A stretch of DNA of 63,008 bases, counting the filler, from Hyphochytrium catenoides (lineage: Eukaryota > Protista > Hyphochytriomycota), in assembly GCA_900088475.1 (NCBI GenBank). It is 9 parts of 9 records of this genome, joined end to end, with 100 filler letters (N's around TTAATTAATTAA, not from the genome) between each part and the next. Parts side by side here need not be neighbours in the genome. Positions count along the whole stretch, not along the records: positions 49,401 to 51,328 come from FLMG01002682.1; positions 51,429 to 58,218 come from FLMG01002835.1; positions 58,319 to 63,008 come from FLMG01004530.1; 6 more parts are not named here. One strand, 5' to 3'. The notes beneath the pieces are model-generated. The model did no database searches. It had not been told where the DNA came from and worked only from the letters and a program-made list of their open reading frames with translations. This document shows, piece after piece, positions 50,187 through 63,008 of the stretch (the stretch's first letter is position 1; every line of letters begins with the position of its first letter). The position numbers and the translations under genes are program-made.

Positions 50187-50607
50187 TTACTTTCGTTTTC
50201 AGGCCGCCTCCCGTGACGATCTTTGGTACTGTCTTCCTATCCAGATCTGTGACGATCTTCAGCTAGCTCCTGGCTAACGCTCTTCTAGCGGTGTATCGTT
50301 TTCGATTCTACTCTGTTTGTCTCGTACTCTGTCTGCTTCGTGGTGCTTGGAAGACTGCAGTCCACCCTATACGCGGTCTCCTTCCTTTCCTGTATGTGGT
50401 GCGTCTCTCGTCGCCGGTATATTCACTGGGACTCATAAACCTTCCTCTATACGTCGAGCCGCACGAAGTAAAACTGCTCTAAAGGCTTTTCCTTAGCCTT
50501 GCTGGACATTGCCTAACGGCATATGTCTCGCCCCTTGAACTAGATTTCTCCTATCTTTGAGTTCCTTTCCCTTGCCTGAAGCGTGCGCTCTGTTCTATAC
50601 AAAGAGC

Positions 50608-51328
50608 TTAATCTCTCTCCCTTACCATCCATGGATGGCTTAGGGCCTCTTCTAGAGAACCTCTCTCTTCCGGGATTTTGTTTAGCAGCAATCTCAAAAG
50701 GTCACTCAGCTCAGGAGAAACGTCCACTTCTTCAGGGTACGGAACCTCCTCTTGTCTGATGCATTCAAACAATGGACCTAGACCGTAGGGAATTGGAGAG
50801 GAGACAAGAGAAGAAAAATCAGCAAACTCACGCCACTTCCAGCTGAACATAGAGCGTATAACCATGTCAAAAGAGAGAAGGGCGCTACTCAGCTTGCACC
50901 TACCTACTCCTTCCTTCCAAAATGGATAGTGTCCATAGGTGAAGATATAAAGGATGACGCCCAACGCCCAAATATCAGCCTTAAAGGCATTGAACGGCCC
51001 GCCGACACACTCTTCAGGAGAAAGGAATGGGAATGTCCCCACCGTATCTGACAAGATACCTCCACCACTCGCTCTCTCCCTTTGAGGGAATCTGTGAGCA
51101 CAGTTGAAGTCTGACAGGCGACACCGCCCACTGCCACTGAGAAGAACATTGTCCGGCTAGAATTTAACAGGAGGAAGTTCCGCAGACAATCATAGAGCAG
51201 GATTTGAAGAGAGTTAGTGTAGGGAAGAGGGAACTAGCAAGGCTTAGGGCCTCTACCTTGAGGTCTCTATGAACCACGTCCAGGCTATGAATGTAACTCA
51301 AGCCCGCGATGATGTCTCTAAGATATCG
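50608..51328 (-). CDS. Ser/Thr protein kinase, CaMKK/SnAK-like, 5' partial (3' end approximate)
   Basis: Spliced: RDIIAGLSYIHSLDVVHRDLK|PDNVLL...LSDFNCAH...SDTVGTFPFLSPE...ADIWALGV...LSHPWM. Confidence 0.85.
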
Positions 51329-51428
51329 NNNNNNNNNNNNNNNNNNNNNNNNNNNNNNNNNNNNNNNNNNNNTTAATTAATTAANNNNNNNNNNNNNNNN
51401 NNNNNNNNNNNNNNNNNNNNNNNNNNNN
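51329..51428. other. Artificial contig linker
   Basis: Same 100-nt spacer. Confidence 0.97.
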
Positions 51429-53426
51429 TCAACACAGATTACGTCCTTGCCAACTGTGCGTCCTGGGCCCAGCGTCTCACAAGCAGGTGTGACACAGGTA
51501 AAGAATTTCTTGCCTGTCCATCCTTCCTGTGGAGGTGAAATCGGAACGGAATCATTGACGAGTTGTAGAGAGTTAACCTGCCTTACATCATCTTACGCTG
51601 CCCATTGACTCGCTGCTCAGGTCGCTCGTACCCCAGTTATTTCTCCAACGTTGTGGCTCCCAACGCCACCGGTGCGCAGGAGTATCGTTGAGGAGCTCCT
51701 AGCCAAGCCGACGGGAAGTGGTGGCTTAAGGCCATCTAAGTGGCTCCTCTCGATGCGCTTTGGAAGGAACTTTCCGTACGAGCTTCGTCATGTAGGACAC
51801 TGCAATCAGAAAGAACCATAAAGAAAATCCCTGTGTCATTGAGGTTTCCTCTCTACAGGCGTATCCGTCCCAAGTCTGTCTCTTTCTGCTCTCCTTTCCT
51901 CTTCCTTCTTGCCCCTCTTCCTGTGCTGGTGAAATTATGGACCTTGCGTTAGGCCTCTGTGACTTCTGTTGCGTTTTGAGCCGTTTCTCGGTTGCCTGAA
52001 GCTTCTGAATTTATCCCTTACGTGCAGGTCTCTGGGAACTTTTCTTCTGTGCTCTCTGCTGCTGAAGGCTTTGAAGTCGCGGCTCTGATCAATGGGACAC
52101 TGAACAGGGAAAGAGTTGGGGATAGTGCTCTCTCTAGAGTTGTCTGGGCAAGAAAACTGATCCCGAGAAAACTACTTCTCATGGCTTCAGGTTCTCTCCT
52201 CCTCGCCCAATGAAGCTCTCCTCCTGCCCTTCCTTGTTTGCTTGCCGTCTTCTTCTTCTTTTTTGGCTCTCTCTCTCTATATATATTCCCCTCTCTCTTC
52301 AGACTCACCAATGAACGCCGCAGTCCCTTGCTGTCTGCCGTTATCTCTGTGACCTAAAAAAAGCGTCTCTCTCTTCGAATTCTTCAGGTCGTTGAGAATG
52401 TGTTCTTCTGATACAGTGTGCCTCTTTTACATATACTAAAACATTGCTCTCGTGAACCTCCAGGACCTCCTCTCTCTCTCGCAGATGTATCTCAGTTCTA
52501 CGATCTCCGGTTGGAGCTGTTTCAGGGAGAGGATGGCATGTTCTGGGCCACGACCATGCACAGAGGATGGGGAGCCGGAGTGGCTCCGACGAATGTGAAG
52601 GGTGAGAGTGGGAGAGCGCTCTCCGAAGCTTGTGACGGTAAGAGGAACAAGCAAAGGAGGCTAGACCATCGCCTTAAATCCGAAGACCTCCAAGTTCTAC
52701 TGCTGATGGACATCTGCATTGCGTACAGCGGGAATTTCTTTCTCTCGTTACATTTGCCTCTTCTCACTGTTGGCTGACAATCTCTTTTCACATCCAGAGG
52801 GTGGTGGCATCTGCTTCCTGGTCACATCGACAGCTGTTCTGAGTGGATTCTCCCAGCTCACCACACAGGAGCTTGGCACGATCGCATTCTTCCTCCTCGT
52901 CCTACTGGTAACATCGTCAAAGCCGTGTCTACATCTTTAAGGCACTTATGCTAAAGCCCGTTTTCCGTCATGAATGCTATCACCAGATGATCACCGCGGT
53001 GGGAGGTTACGTCAGCTTCCTTGTCCGCGGGAAGTTCTTGCGAGTTATTTATCGGGAGCTGCCAAACCCAGATCCCATTCTTGACCTGTGCGAGGTACCG
53101 AGAAACATCGAACGTTTCTTCTCCACGTTATAGGCTCCACATAGGTTGCCTCTGCACGCCAGAGATACTGCCGCTACCTGGTCTTATTTAGTCTTGTTCC
53201 CTTCTCCCTTCGTTGACGAGGTTTCTTTCTCCTTATGCCTTCCCATTATCGACAGGGAATATTTATTGCGCGTCAGATGCCGTACATTGGCCATCTGAAG
53301 GACGAAATGCGTCTCTTTGAACTCCTTCTGCGCCTCCTCCGGTCCCCTGAACTACTTCTCAGGATGACCGGCAGTAAAAGCATCTTCATCCCTGACCCTA
53401 AGAAAACAAAGCAGAAGAAAGACTAG
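51429..53426 (+). CDS. Piezo-type mechanosensitive channel, C-terminal fragment
   Basis: Inner-helix TM followed by IYRELPNPDPILDLCE|GIFIARQ...GHLKDEMRLFELLLRLLRSPELLLRMT, matching the Piezo C-terminal signature. Confidence 0.85.
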
Positions 53427-53935
53427 GAGAAACAGACCTAGAAGAAGAAAGATCAGCATCATACATCATGAAGGGAGAAGGAGAGACAGAGCAGAGAAGA
53501 AAGAGCTACGAAGGGAGAGGGCGCAAGAACAAAGAAACCAGGGAAGAGAGAACCAAGAAGAGAGAGAGAAAGAAAGACGGCGAGTCCTTGAGGGGACTTT
53601 CGTTTGAGACTGACCCCAATGAGCGTGAACGGTCTGGTCTATGCAGGTAATTTTATGAAAGTAGACCTTATTTATAAGACATCAGGGAAGCCCCAGGCAC
53701 TACCCGCCAGTTCCACTCCCTTACCCATACTGCTTCTATCAGCTCTGGACTATACACGCGCACAGCGAAGAGGATCTAGAGCATCGTAGCCTTAGAATCC
53801 TTATAAAGTCGCCGCACCAAGTGAGCAGTCTGTTGTCTTCATCCACTGTCGCCTGTATCGAGCCTATTTATCCCCGTATTGGGATAGGCGATAATCCTTC
53901 CTTGGCCCACAAGCTCCTCTTCCTGATTAGCGACC

Positions 53936-56900
53936 CTAGCTCACGGTCTGCATGTGGTACTCCTTTAACTGGGTACTGGAGACATTGGAAGGCGCACCAG
54001 ACATCAGCTCTGTCCCTGTGGCGCTCTTCGGGAACGCGATCACATCTCGAAGACTAAAGAAGACATCAGAGACGAGTGCATGTCAGCCATTGGCAAGAGG
54101 CAAGTACATTGTGAAGAAACGACGCAGGATCGTACCTGCTTGCCCCACAGAGAACCGCCACAAGTCTATCCAGGCCCAGGGCGATGCCTCCATGGGGAGG
54201 AGCTCCATAGGAAAGGCCTTGAACAAGGTGACTGAAGCTTTGAGTCTAAAAAGGAATGGACGGGTAAGATAAGGAGGTCAACGCGCTCATCTCCGTCTCT
54301 CTTTCTCCTTTTCCGCCATAGGAGTTGGCGCTCTTCGCTGTGTCTCTCCACATGTGTTCTCTCATCCATTATCCTAGGTACCTGCGCTTCAGGCAGACGA
54401 AGGATCTTGTCTAGCACAAGCTGCTGCATCTGAGGATTGTGAATTCTGACTGAACCTCCTCCCAACTCCCAGCCATTGCATACTAAATCATAATGCTGAC
54501 CGCGCACGGATAGCAACTGAGAGCGGAGAGGAGTGCCCGGCCCCATATCTGTTATAAGAGGCAGAAGAAAAAGAAGCGAAGGGTTAGAGCTGTCTGGAAG
54601 GAGGAACAGTGGGCTACCACGTATCCTTGTCAAGGAGGCAGCTGATCAATTGTTAAGCTCAATTGCTCTGTCAGCCGGCTGGTTGGCAAGAGCTTCTGAT
54701 AGGAGAAGTCTGAGTAAGTAATATACAGACCGCTGTCAGCCTGAGATGAGAGCTGAAGGATGATATCTCGATCCTCCTCCATGGGCGCCGTGAATGGATG
54801 ATGAGCGCTGCTGATTCCTGTCGAAAAGGACGGATATGGGCAAAGTGAGCTCACAGCAAAACTCACGTGACGAGGCTAAGCGGAGGGCTCTGCTGACAAG
54901 GGTTCACGGGACTGGACGAAGCAAGAGAGTGACGCAAGAGCTGCCCAGAAAAAGAAAGACATAAGAGACGGGAGGTACCGTCCCACTTGAAGATAGTGAC
55001 GAAGGGAAAGAAACAGACTTTTGCCAGGGCCACAAGATGCTGCTTAAGAGAAGCTCTTCCGCTCACCATCATCGTCTTCATTCTCTTCAAAAAGAGGGAA
55101 GTCTACCACCCACATCACATCATAGCGCTCAGGGTCAATGGTGATTAGGCCTTTCTCTATCATGATAGGCAAGAGATAGAGTCGGGAGCTCCCAAGAATC
55201 TTTAGGGGATCTTCTCCTCTCCCTGATGATATAAGAATCAGGTCTCCCTCTTCTACCTCCAGCTTCTCCTGAAGATATTTGAGCTGAGAGGGAGAGAAGT
55301 GCTTCACTAGGGAAGACTGGAACTTGTTACCCTGTAGCCAAAAAATTAGTCATCCACAGCGGGAAGAGTGATGAGATCAGAGCTTTGTGGGCTCTGTGGT
55401 TCTCGGTGTGCCTATCTGTCCCTCTTCTCTCTCTCTCCTATCTCTCATTAGCCATTGTTCTAACCTACGGCGGCTCTTTGCTACCTCGAACTTCATAAGG
55501 AAGACTCCTCTTCCTGACTTGGACATATTCTTGGCTTCATGCTGGAGCTTGTCCATCTCTTTTCTTGAAAAACCTTTACCGGTCAGTCCTTTCGCATTCA
55601 GCGCTCTCACTGACCCGTCGAGCTCTAATGGGAAATGAAAGAGGCGGCAATTGCGATGAATGAGAGACGAAGTTCACGTAGAGTCAGAATTCAAGTGCTA
55701 GGAGAGAAGACGACATGTTAGGCACAGATGCCTAAGAAACCCGAAGGCAGACAAAGGATTTACCGCCGCTAGCTCCGGAAGGAAAAAAGGACAGAACCCA
55801 GCCCAGAGAGACACAGGGACGCGGCAACAGCAAGCGGCTGCGAGCAAGCTTGAGGATGGAGTGGGCCTTAGTTTTTGGGATCATTTAACCTTTGAGGACT
55901 CCATCGAAGAGTGGGATGCCCTTGACAATCTCACTGATGTCCTGAATTTCCAAGCCAAACCTCGTGTCCGGCTTGTCCGACCCAAAGCGAGAGAGAGCTT
56001 CTGAGTACTTCATCCGAGGAAGGGGGAACGGAAGAGCGGGAAGAGGACCCTCTCCCAGCCTCTTCTTTCCCTCATTGGCTGCACTCCACACTTCCACTAA
56101 CATGTTCTGAGGGGAACATTCAGGGGTGTAGCAATGGGCGACAGCAAAGAGAGGGAGACAGCGGATGACCAAAAGACACGAGGATTGGGTGAGCACCCTG
56201 CTCAGAAGGAATCCAGCTAAAAGGGAAAAGGGCGGAGGAACGTGATAGGCAACAAGAAGGAGGAAGCTGCAAGATTGCAGCCTGCAAAAGTAACGGACGA
56301 CTGAGGAGGCGGTTCCAAAGCTACAGAAGATAACGTGGAAGCCAAGGTCCTCAGTAAGTAGAGAGAGAGGAGTAGTGGGACGGGAAGGAATCACAACGAC
56401 AACTGTCCCACGCGCTTACCTCTACGGTGCTCATAATAGTCTCAGCAGTGCAGAAGGCCATCTCCAGATCAATCTGTGTAAATTCCGGCTGCCTGTCCGC
56501 TCGACCGCTCTCATCTCTATAGCACCGGGCAATCTGGTAGTACTTCTCCACACCTCCAACCATCAGCAGCTGCAAAAAATAGCATAGGACAGACCGGTAT
56601 CAGTATATGAAGTTAGTCGTTCCGTTTCTGGCTGATTCGCCAGTAATTCCATTGATCTCACTGCACTGTAGTTGAGTCCACTGCGCTAGGTTATTCCTCT
56701 ATACCTCTGTTTGACAATGACATTGCCTAATCTGCTATCGTCATGAAAAACTCCATCCCTGTCCCTTTGCTGATCTGTAGCCGATGAAAGCCTTGCCGTG
56801 TCCTCCAGTCTTGTTGGACTTGCTCTTTCCAAGGCTTAAAGGTCTGTCTGTCTGTCTCTCTTTCTCCCTCTGTCTCCGTTTCTTTTGTCCCTGACTCTCT

Positions 56901-58218
56901 CTCTGTGTCTCTCTCCCCTCTCTCTTCCGGTCTCTTTCCGTCTCTCTCCTTCTCCCTTCTCGCCCACTAGTGCATCCTCATAAAAACAGCGCTGGGTTGC
57001 CGCCATGGCCCCTGTGGCTGATATTGAACATATTCTTCTCACCTGCTTGTACTGCTGTGGGCTCTGGGTAAGTGCATAGCATTTCCCCTTCGTTCTTGTG
57101 GGGACGAGAAACTCTCTTGCTCCTTCCGGCGTACTCTTGAAAAGCGTAGGCGTCTCAACCTCTATGAACCCTTGAGAAGAGAGAGAGTTCCTTGCAGCTA
57201 GCGAGATGGACGAGCGGAAAGAGAGATTCCTTTGCATAGCAGCCCGTCGTAAGTCAAGATAGCGGTACTGCAATCGAACTTCCTCGCTAGAGAGAGGGGC
57301 TTCGGGATGAACCTTGAGAGTCAGCCAATTGGGGAACAGGGTCACAAGAGAAATTAGGGAAATGAATAAGGAGATGTTATCCAGGATGTGAGAGAGCAAA
57401 AGCCGTAAGATGCAACAACATAAACTGAGAAGTGGGATTGAGATAAAGTGGATGACTACTTTGCAGAAGTGAGGTTGGAGAATAGGGCATCTTACCTGTA
57501 TAGGAAGCGGCAGTGCTAAGTTATGAACCTTGAGACTCGAGAGCTGGACCTCTATCTCTCCCGTTTGCATCTTTGAGTTAATCATGTTCTGGGGCCTAGC
57601 TATAACCTTGGAGAGTGGGAGCAGGTAGGACAAAGATTAGAGAGGAAGAGAGCACAGACCCCAATAGAAAGCGAATTGGATCAAATGGTCGAGGGTTGGA
57701 GAAAAGCTGAAGAGAATGCGACAGCCAAGAATATAGAACTGAATGGATAGAACCAGAAGGAAAGAGTAGACTTTGCGCGGAAGAGGGTGAGACCGGTGTA
57801 CAGGTAACTGCGGCATGGGATGAGTGGAGATAAAGCGGGAAGAAGGTGAGCGGCGCACCTTTCCTGTCACTTGGATGACACTCTCGCTGCGGACCTTGGA
57901 AGCCTGGGCTAAGAGCTCTTCCGAATCACTGCCTGGGAGAGCTTGTTAGCAGTTGATAGACCAGCGCACGAGGACGGGGAGCGGCCATGAGAAAGATGAA
58001 ACACACAGGGATCCAAACGGGAAGTAGGCAGTGCCTAGGGAGATGATATGTGGAGCAGTGAAGCTGGATAGAGACATACCGAGAGAGAGAGAGATCCTTT
58101 GAAGAAACATAGGAAAGAGAGAGAGGAGAAGAGCAAGAGCGTTCGCAGAGGCGAGGCGAGAGCCCACTGAAGTAAGAGCTGAGGATCCGAAAGGATGATT
58201 GCGAAGGCACACCTGGAG
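53936..58218 (-). CDS. DARS2: Mitochondrial (bacterial-type) aspartyl-tRNA synthetase, 5' partial
   Basis: [129 protein letters not shown]. Confidence 0.96.
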
Positions 58219-58318
58219 NNNNNNNNNNNNNNNNNNNNNNNNNNNNNNNNNNNNNNNNNNNNTTAATTAATTAANNNNNNNNNNNNNNNNNNNNNNNNNN
58301 NNNNNNNNNNNNNNNNNN
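58219..58318. other. Artificial contig linker
   Basis: Same 100-nt spacer. Confidence 0.97.
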
Positions 58319-58397
58319 GAGAGAGAGAGAGAGAGAGAGAGGCAGAGAGAGAGGGAGAAAATAGGAGAGAGTAAGAGTGATTATGGTAGTGAACGCC

Positions 58398-59510
58398 TTA
58401 CGAGGTGCCTGATGTCAGCGCAAACATCGTCATCTTCCCCTAGATAGAGACTCTTTTCAAGCTGATCCGGAAGAAGGGCCGTCGAGGAACACACGGCGAT
58501 AGACCCGCCGGACGGTGATGGAAGCACGACAGATGGAGGAAGGTATCAAGTCGAAAAGAAGAGTTATAGATTGGAAGAAAGAGAGAGGACGTGAGACAAC
58601 AGACTCTATAGTGTTGGTGAGCAAGTAACATGAGGAGTCATGCAGATGTTGCGGAGGCGCCAAACATAGAAGACACACTAAGCATGAAAGGCGGCCGATC
58701 ATCTTCTCTCCCTTATCCTCTCGCCTTCCCCCTCTCTCTTATCTCGGCTCACTCCGTCTCACCCGCTTTCCTCTCCGTCCTTCTCTCCATCTCTTGCCAC
58801 TCAGCTTACCTGGGCATCATCGAGTTCTAGAAGACCGAGTGCTCGAAGCTCTGCCCGAAGGCGGTCCTCGAGGGTCGAGTCCAGATAGCTTTGCACTGTC
58901 TCTGTGAAAATGGAAAGATAGATGTAGGAGAAGGTTAGCTCGAACGCAGCTGACAAGGCAGACGATGAGCAAGCCGATAATAAAAGGGAGAGAGAGAGAG
59001 AGAGCACAAGAAAGGGGAAAAAGGGGGGGGGGAAGAGACAGTAAAAGAGAGGGAAACAGAGAGAGAGAGAAAAAGAGGAGCTGGAGAGAGAGAAAGAGAG
59101 AGGAGGAGTTGTACGTCCCGGAGAGGACGAAGGACAAAGTGGTTGAGATGATCAAGGAAGATGGAAACAAGGTAGTAGACTGGTAAAGGATACAGAGATT
59201 GTAATAAATCCCTTGTTTCCTACCAGGAGGAGCTTCATGGTCAGGCTCAAGCTCGAGTAAGCCATCCAACAACGCAATCTTGCCTGCAGACGCACCGAGG
59301 ACAAAGAGTAGGAAATGGCAATGATTTGTTAAGAGGGCAACATGATGATCAAGGAAAGGTGCATCTTCTAGTCCTGCCACCCACGGGAAGAATGGGCAAG
59401 ACTGGGAGGGATAGAGAGAGAGAGAGAGACAGAGAGAGACAGAGAGACAGAGAGAAAGAGCGAGAGAGAGAGGGAGAGGGAGAGAGAGAGAGAGAGAGAC
59501 AGAGAGAGAC

Positions 59511-59560
<50 letters not shown>

Positions 59561-60309
59561 TCTATCTTGACAGCTGCCCCTTTGCTGCCTTTCTCTTCGT
59601 TGCGCTGCTGCTGGAACTGTACTAAGTTGATGCCGTCATCCTCGGCTGGCACTAGACTACCTAATAGTTTCTATGGAGAGTGAAGCGAGAGAGGCCATTG
59701 AGAGGGACGGAGTAAGTGACTAACGTTATCCAGTATCACAATCAATCATCACAGCGACGAGGGTGAGACCTAGAGGGAAAGGGGAGTGTTGTTGGAGAGG
59801 CAGAGATGAAGAGGGAGAGACCGAGAGAGAGAGATAAGATAGGGCGAGAGACGCCGTAGTCCAGGAGTAGAGGAATCCTGATGATAAAAGGTGTATGCTC
59901 ATCGAATCAGAAAGAGATATAAGGACGATCGAGACAACTGGACAGAGTGCATCATGTCTGTGGCACAAAAAGAGAGGAGAACAGCGAGAGGCCCAAGGCA
60001 AGGAGAGAAGAGAGAGAAGGGGAAAGAAGGAAGTAGACAGAGTTTGAAAAGAAGCGGCGCGATCCTTCCATCTCTCTCACCTGCGTGAGAGACTTTCGTC
60101 TAAAGACTTCATCTATGGCTAGTGATGACTCTATCTGGGAGGACAACGCATCTGCAGTGCAGAGGACAATGAGGTTGACAAGACGATAAGAGGGTATGCG
60201 CGCGGTTAAGGGAGACGAGCCGAAAGGAGAAGAGAACAAACGACCGTTATCCCAGAGAAGAAATGAGCAAAATCTTCCCTCTGCCGGCAGTGGCGATGCC
60301 TTTCAAATT

Positions 60310-60345
<36 letters not shown>

Positions 60346-63008
60346 ACCGTCTCCGTGATACAAATTATGTCCAGACAATTCCTCTTCTCCTCCCGGCTCA
60401 CGACTTTGAGACCCCAAGGAAGGTATTCGGAAGTCCTCGCTCGTCATGCTCTCTACAGGTAAGCAAAAGAGAATCCCGTAGTGAGGCAATGCAAAAAGAA
60501 GAAGACGATACGAAAGAGACAAGAGAGAAAGAACTAAGGAAAGGGTAACCGGTATGTCCGGTAGGTTCCAACATCTGCGACTAGGGAGGAGATGGCGAAA
60601 GAGAGAGAGAGAGAGGAGAAGGAGACAGGTGAGGGAGTCAGACAAGAGAGAGAGAGAAAGAAGCGCGGCGCGGGAGACACAGCGAAAGAGAGAGGGGAGA
60701 TAGAGAATGCTTACCACTACTGAGAGCGAGCACCTCAAGGATCTCTTTCTCTGTGAGGTCAGCAAATATATCTTCGGCCTGGATGTACCTCCAGAGCCCT
60801 TCAGAGCCAAGCATCTCTCCCTCGTTGTCTAGCTCTCTCTGGCAGTCCTCTTTCACGCCGTTCTCTCCTTGGACAAAGGGAGAAGCTTTTCTCTTCTCCT
60901 CTCCTTCCCTTCGCTCTATTTCCTCCAAAGAGTCAGCTGTAAGCTTCCTCTTCTTTCTCTTGAGCTTTGAGGTGACGGAGCTGTCGCTACCTCGTCTTTT
61001 CAAAGATTGACCCGGCCCCACCGTGGCAACAGGCAGAAGAGGAAGAGAGAGACTGTCTCCCTCTTTCCCTGGTCCTCCTCCATTTTCTAGAGAGAACACT
61101 GAGGAGGGCTCACCATTGGGGATAGAGAAAGAGCCTCTGAGACTTCGAGACCGAGAGAGAGAGGGGGTTGGAGAGGCGGTAAACTCTTCCCCTCTCGCTT
61201 CACTGCTCTCGTCTTTAATGTCTTTCCCTCCTCTCTGCCGCTTTCTCCTCTTTCTCTCACTAGCGACCGTGCTCCCGCCCTTTCCCTTGAGAGGAGAAGC
61301 CCGTGATGTCTCTTCTTCCTCATCTGGGAGAAGCCCCAGCTTGTTCAGCCACGTGAGGCTGGACTTCACTTTTCCTAACTGTTCTTCTAAGTGTTTCTTC
61401 CCATCCTTTGAGAGAGAGAAGGGACACATACAGAGAGTAAGAAAGAGAGTAAGAGAGTGTAGGGAAGAAAGACAGGAAGACAGAAAAGAGAGGGGGAGAA
61501 AGAGAGAGAGGGAGAGAGACAGACAGACAGACAGACAGAAGAGTAGGCAAAAGAGAAAGTAGAAGAGGAGAGAAAAAGGCAAGGGGGGTAGGGGGTTGTC
61601 GAAGAAGAGAGGATTAGAGTGAGGGCGAGTGCCGAGAGATAAGCCAGAGAGAAGAAGAAAGAGAAATGAGACAAAAGCAATGCAGACGATTCTTCACATT
61701 CCCAAAAAGAAAAGCAATTGAGAGCGACAAGAGCAAGAGAAGGTGGAAAGATGGACGATAACAAAGAGGAGAGAGCGCGCTTGGGGAGAGAAGGAAAAGG
61801 AAAGAGAGCGAGCAGCAGGGGGTCTAGAAGTAGTACCTGCAGCTCTGAGAGGAGCTTCTCTACATCCTTCGCCTTGATTCCTCGCTGAAGGCGGTCCGGT
61901 CGGCTGGATCGGAGAGAGAGAGAGAGATTGATCAGCGAGGAGAGGACTTGGAGAAAAAGCTACATCTGCAGTGGCTACAGTTGAACAGAGAGAAAGAGGG
62001 AGAGAGAGACACGAGAAGAAGAAGACAGGGAGAAGGAAAGACTGAGAAAGGAGAGTTGAGGAGAGGGAGAGAGAGACGAGAAAAAGAGAGAGAGAGTGGA
62101 GAAGAGAAAGTTAGAAGAGGGGAATAATATATAGAATAGGCAAAGCAGAGAGAAACGCTGTGAAGGCACTTCTACCTGCAGAGCCTCAGTAACACTGGAA
62201 AGTCTTTGTCCGAGGGAGGCAGAAGTGGATCTGTCTCTCTCGGAGCTGCTTTCCCCGCTGCTCCTCTCCTCTTCCCTCCCCAGCCCTTGCCTTTGCCTCC
62301 GTTCTTTAGAGCCGCAGAAGCCATCACAAAGCGGAGACAGAGACAGAGAGAGTGAGAGAGACAGAGAGAGAGACTCTCAGACGAGCATGAGCATCTCCGG
62401 TTCGCAGCCTTTCCTTTTTAGCACTTTCCTCCCCCGCCCTCTCCTTCCCAGTTCATCTAAGGCCAGGAGAGAGGCTCGGAGTGTTGGACCCGAGACATCT
62501 CCTTCTTCAGGCTCTGTCACCCTCACAGGTCCTTCAGGCCATCAGAATGCAAAGAGAGAGAGAGAGAGGAGAGAGGAAGAGAAAGAGAGAGAGAGAGAGA
62601 GAAGAGCAGAAAAGAAAAGAAGGTATTCGTCGGTGGTCTATAGCTGACAACAGATACGTCAAGAATGACAACCGAGTGAGAGAGACAGAGAGAGAGCAGA
62701 GCGAGAGAGAGAGAGAGACAAATGATCCGGGATTTTGAAGGAGTATAGTGAAGGGGCAGAGATCAGGACTCAAGAAAAGAGCTTGCAAATCCTCTCCTTG
62801 CCGCTGCTGAGTCCAGCTCCTCCTCCTCCTGTCTGACCCAACACTGAGATTCTAATGCATTCGGAGGCCGCGGGAGAGAGAGTGACGAGCATCAAACCTC
62901 AAGAGACACAAGGCGAGAGAGAGACCAGCAGCAGAGGAGCTAAAAGCACAGGGCCAGAGAGAGAGAAAGAGAATCCATCATGCACTGATGAAGCCTGCAA
63001 AAACGTTC
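58398..63008 (-). CDS. Transcriptional adaptor ADA3/NGG1-like (SAGA subunit), partial, with microsatellite-rich introns
   Basis: Exons LWRYIQAEDIFADLTEKEILEVL, EDFRIPSLG, STLEDRLRAELRALGLLE and EDDDVCADIRHL resemble ADA3 motifs (FW..VEPY, IPPLG, LEERLK.EL..LG, DDEI..ELR). Confidence 0.62.
59414..59556. repeat. Intronic (GA)n/(GAGAGACA) microsatellite
   Basis: About 140 nt of near-pure GA repeat in an intron of the ADA3-like gene. Confidence 0.95.

Noticed and set aside
18099-58218. Two AspRS genes, and several CAZymes (GH18, GT27, GH17, GH77), as a gene cluster
   Set aside because: They lie on different contigs separated by artificial linkers, so their proximity is not evidence of linkage.
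12065-58318. Regularly recurring TTAATTAATTAA flanked by Ns as a biological repeat or CRISPR-like array
   Set aside because: These are identical 100-nt synthetic six-frame-stop linkers used to concatenate contigs.

Overview
This is eukaryotic nuclear DNA, not a prokaryotic window. It consists of nine contigs joined by artificial 100-nt N44-TTAATTAATTAA-N44 linkers, so gene adjacency across linkers is meaningless. Most genes have short GT-AG introns that are often (CT)n-rich, and all three stop codons are used normally. Gene content suggests a stramenopile (inference from a GPCR-PIP5K fusion, an oomycete-like Piezo C-terminus and a membrane-anchored GH17). Recognisable genes: COX17, bifunctional BIO3-BIO1, a CCCH + F-box protein, GPCR-PIPK, cytosolic and mitochondrial AspRS, an SWAP-type splicing factor, PAC2, an intronless GH18 chitinase, a GT27 polypeptide GalNAc-transferase, an intronless bacterial-like NADP alcohol dehydrogenase, AIF, GH17, a CBM20-GH77 4-alpha-glucanotransferase, a CaMKK-like kinase, Piezo and ADA3. 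The most notable items are the Bacteroidetes-like DPE2/MalQ gene with an in-frame TAA inside an otherwise intact CBM20, the GPCR-PIPK with a Cys/His insert, a myristoylation-type COX17 micro-exon, and active-site variants in AIF, GT27 and the kinase. I found no multi-gene novel system that the sequence alone supports. All family assignments come from motif recall, not database searches.
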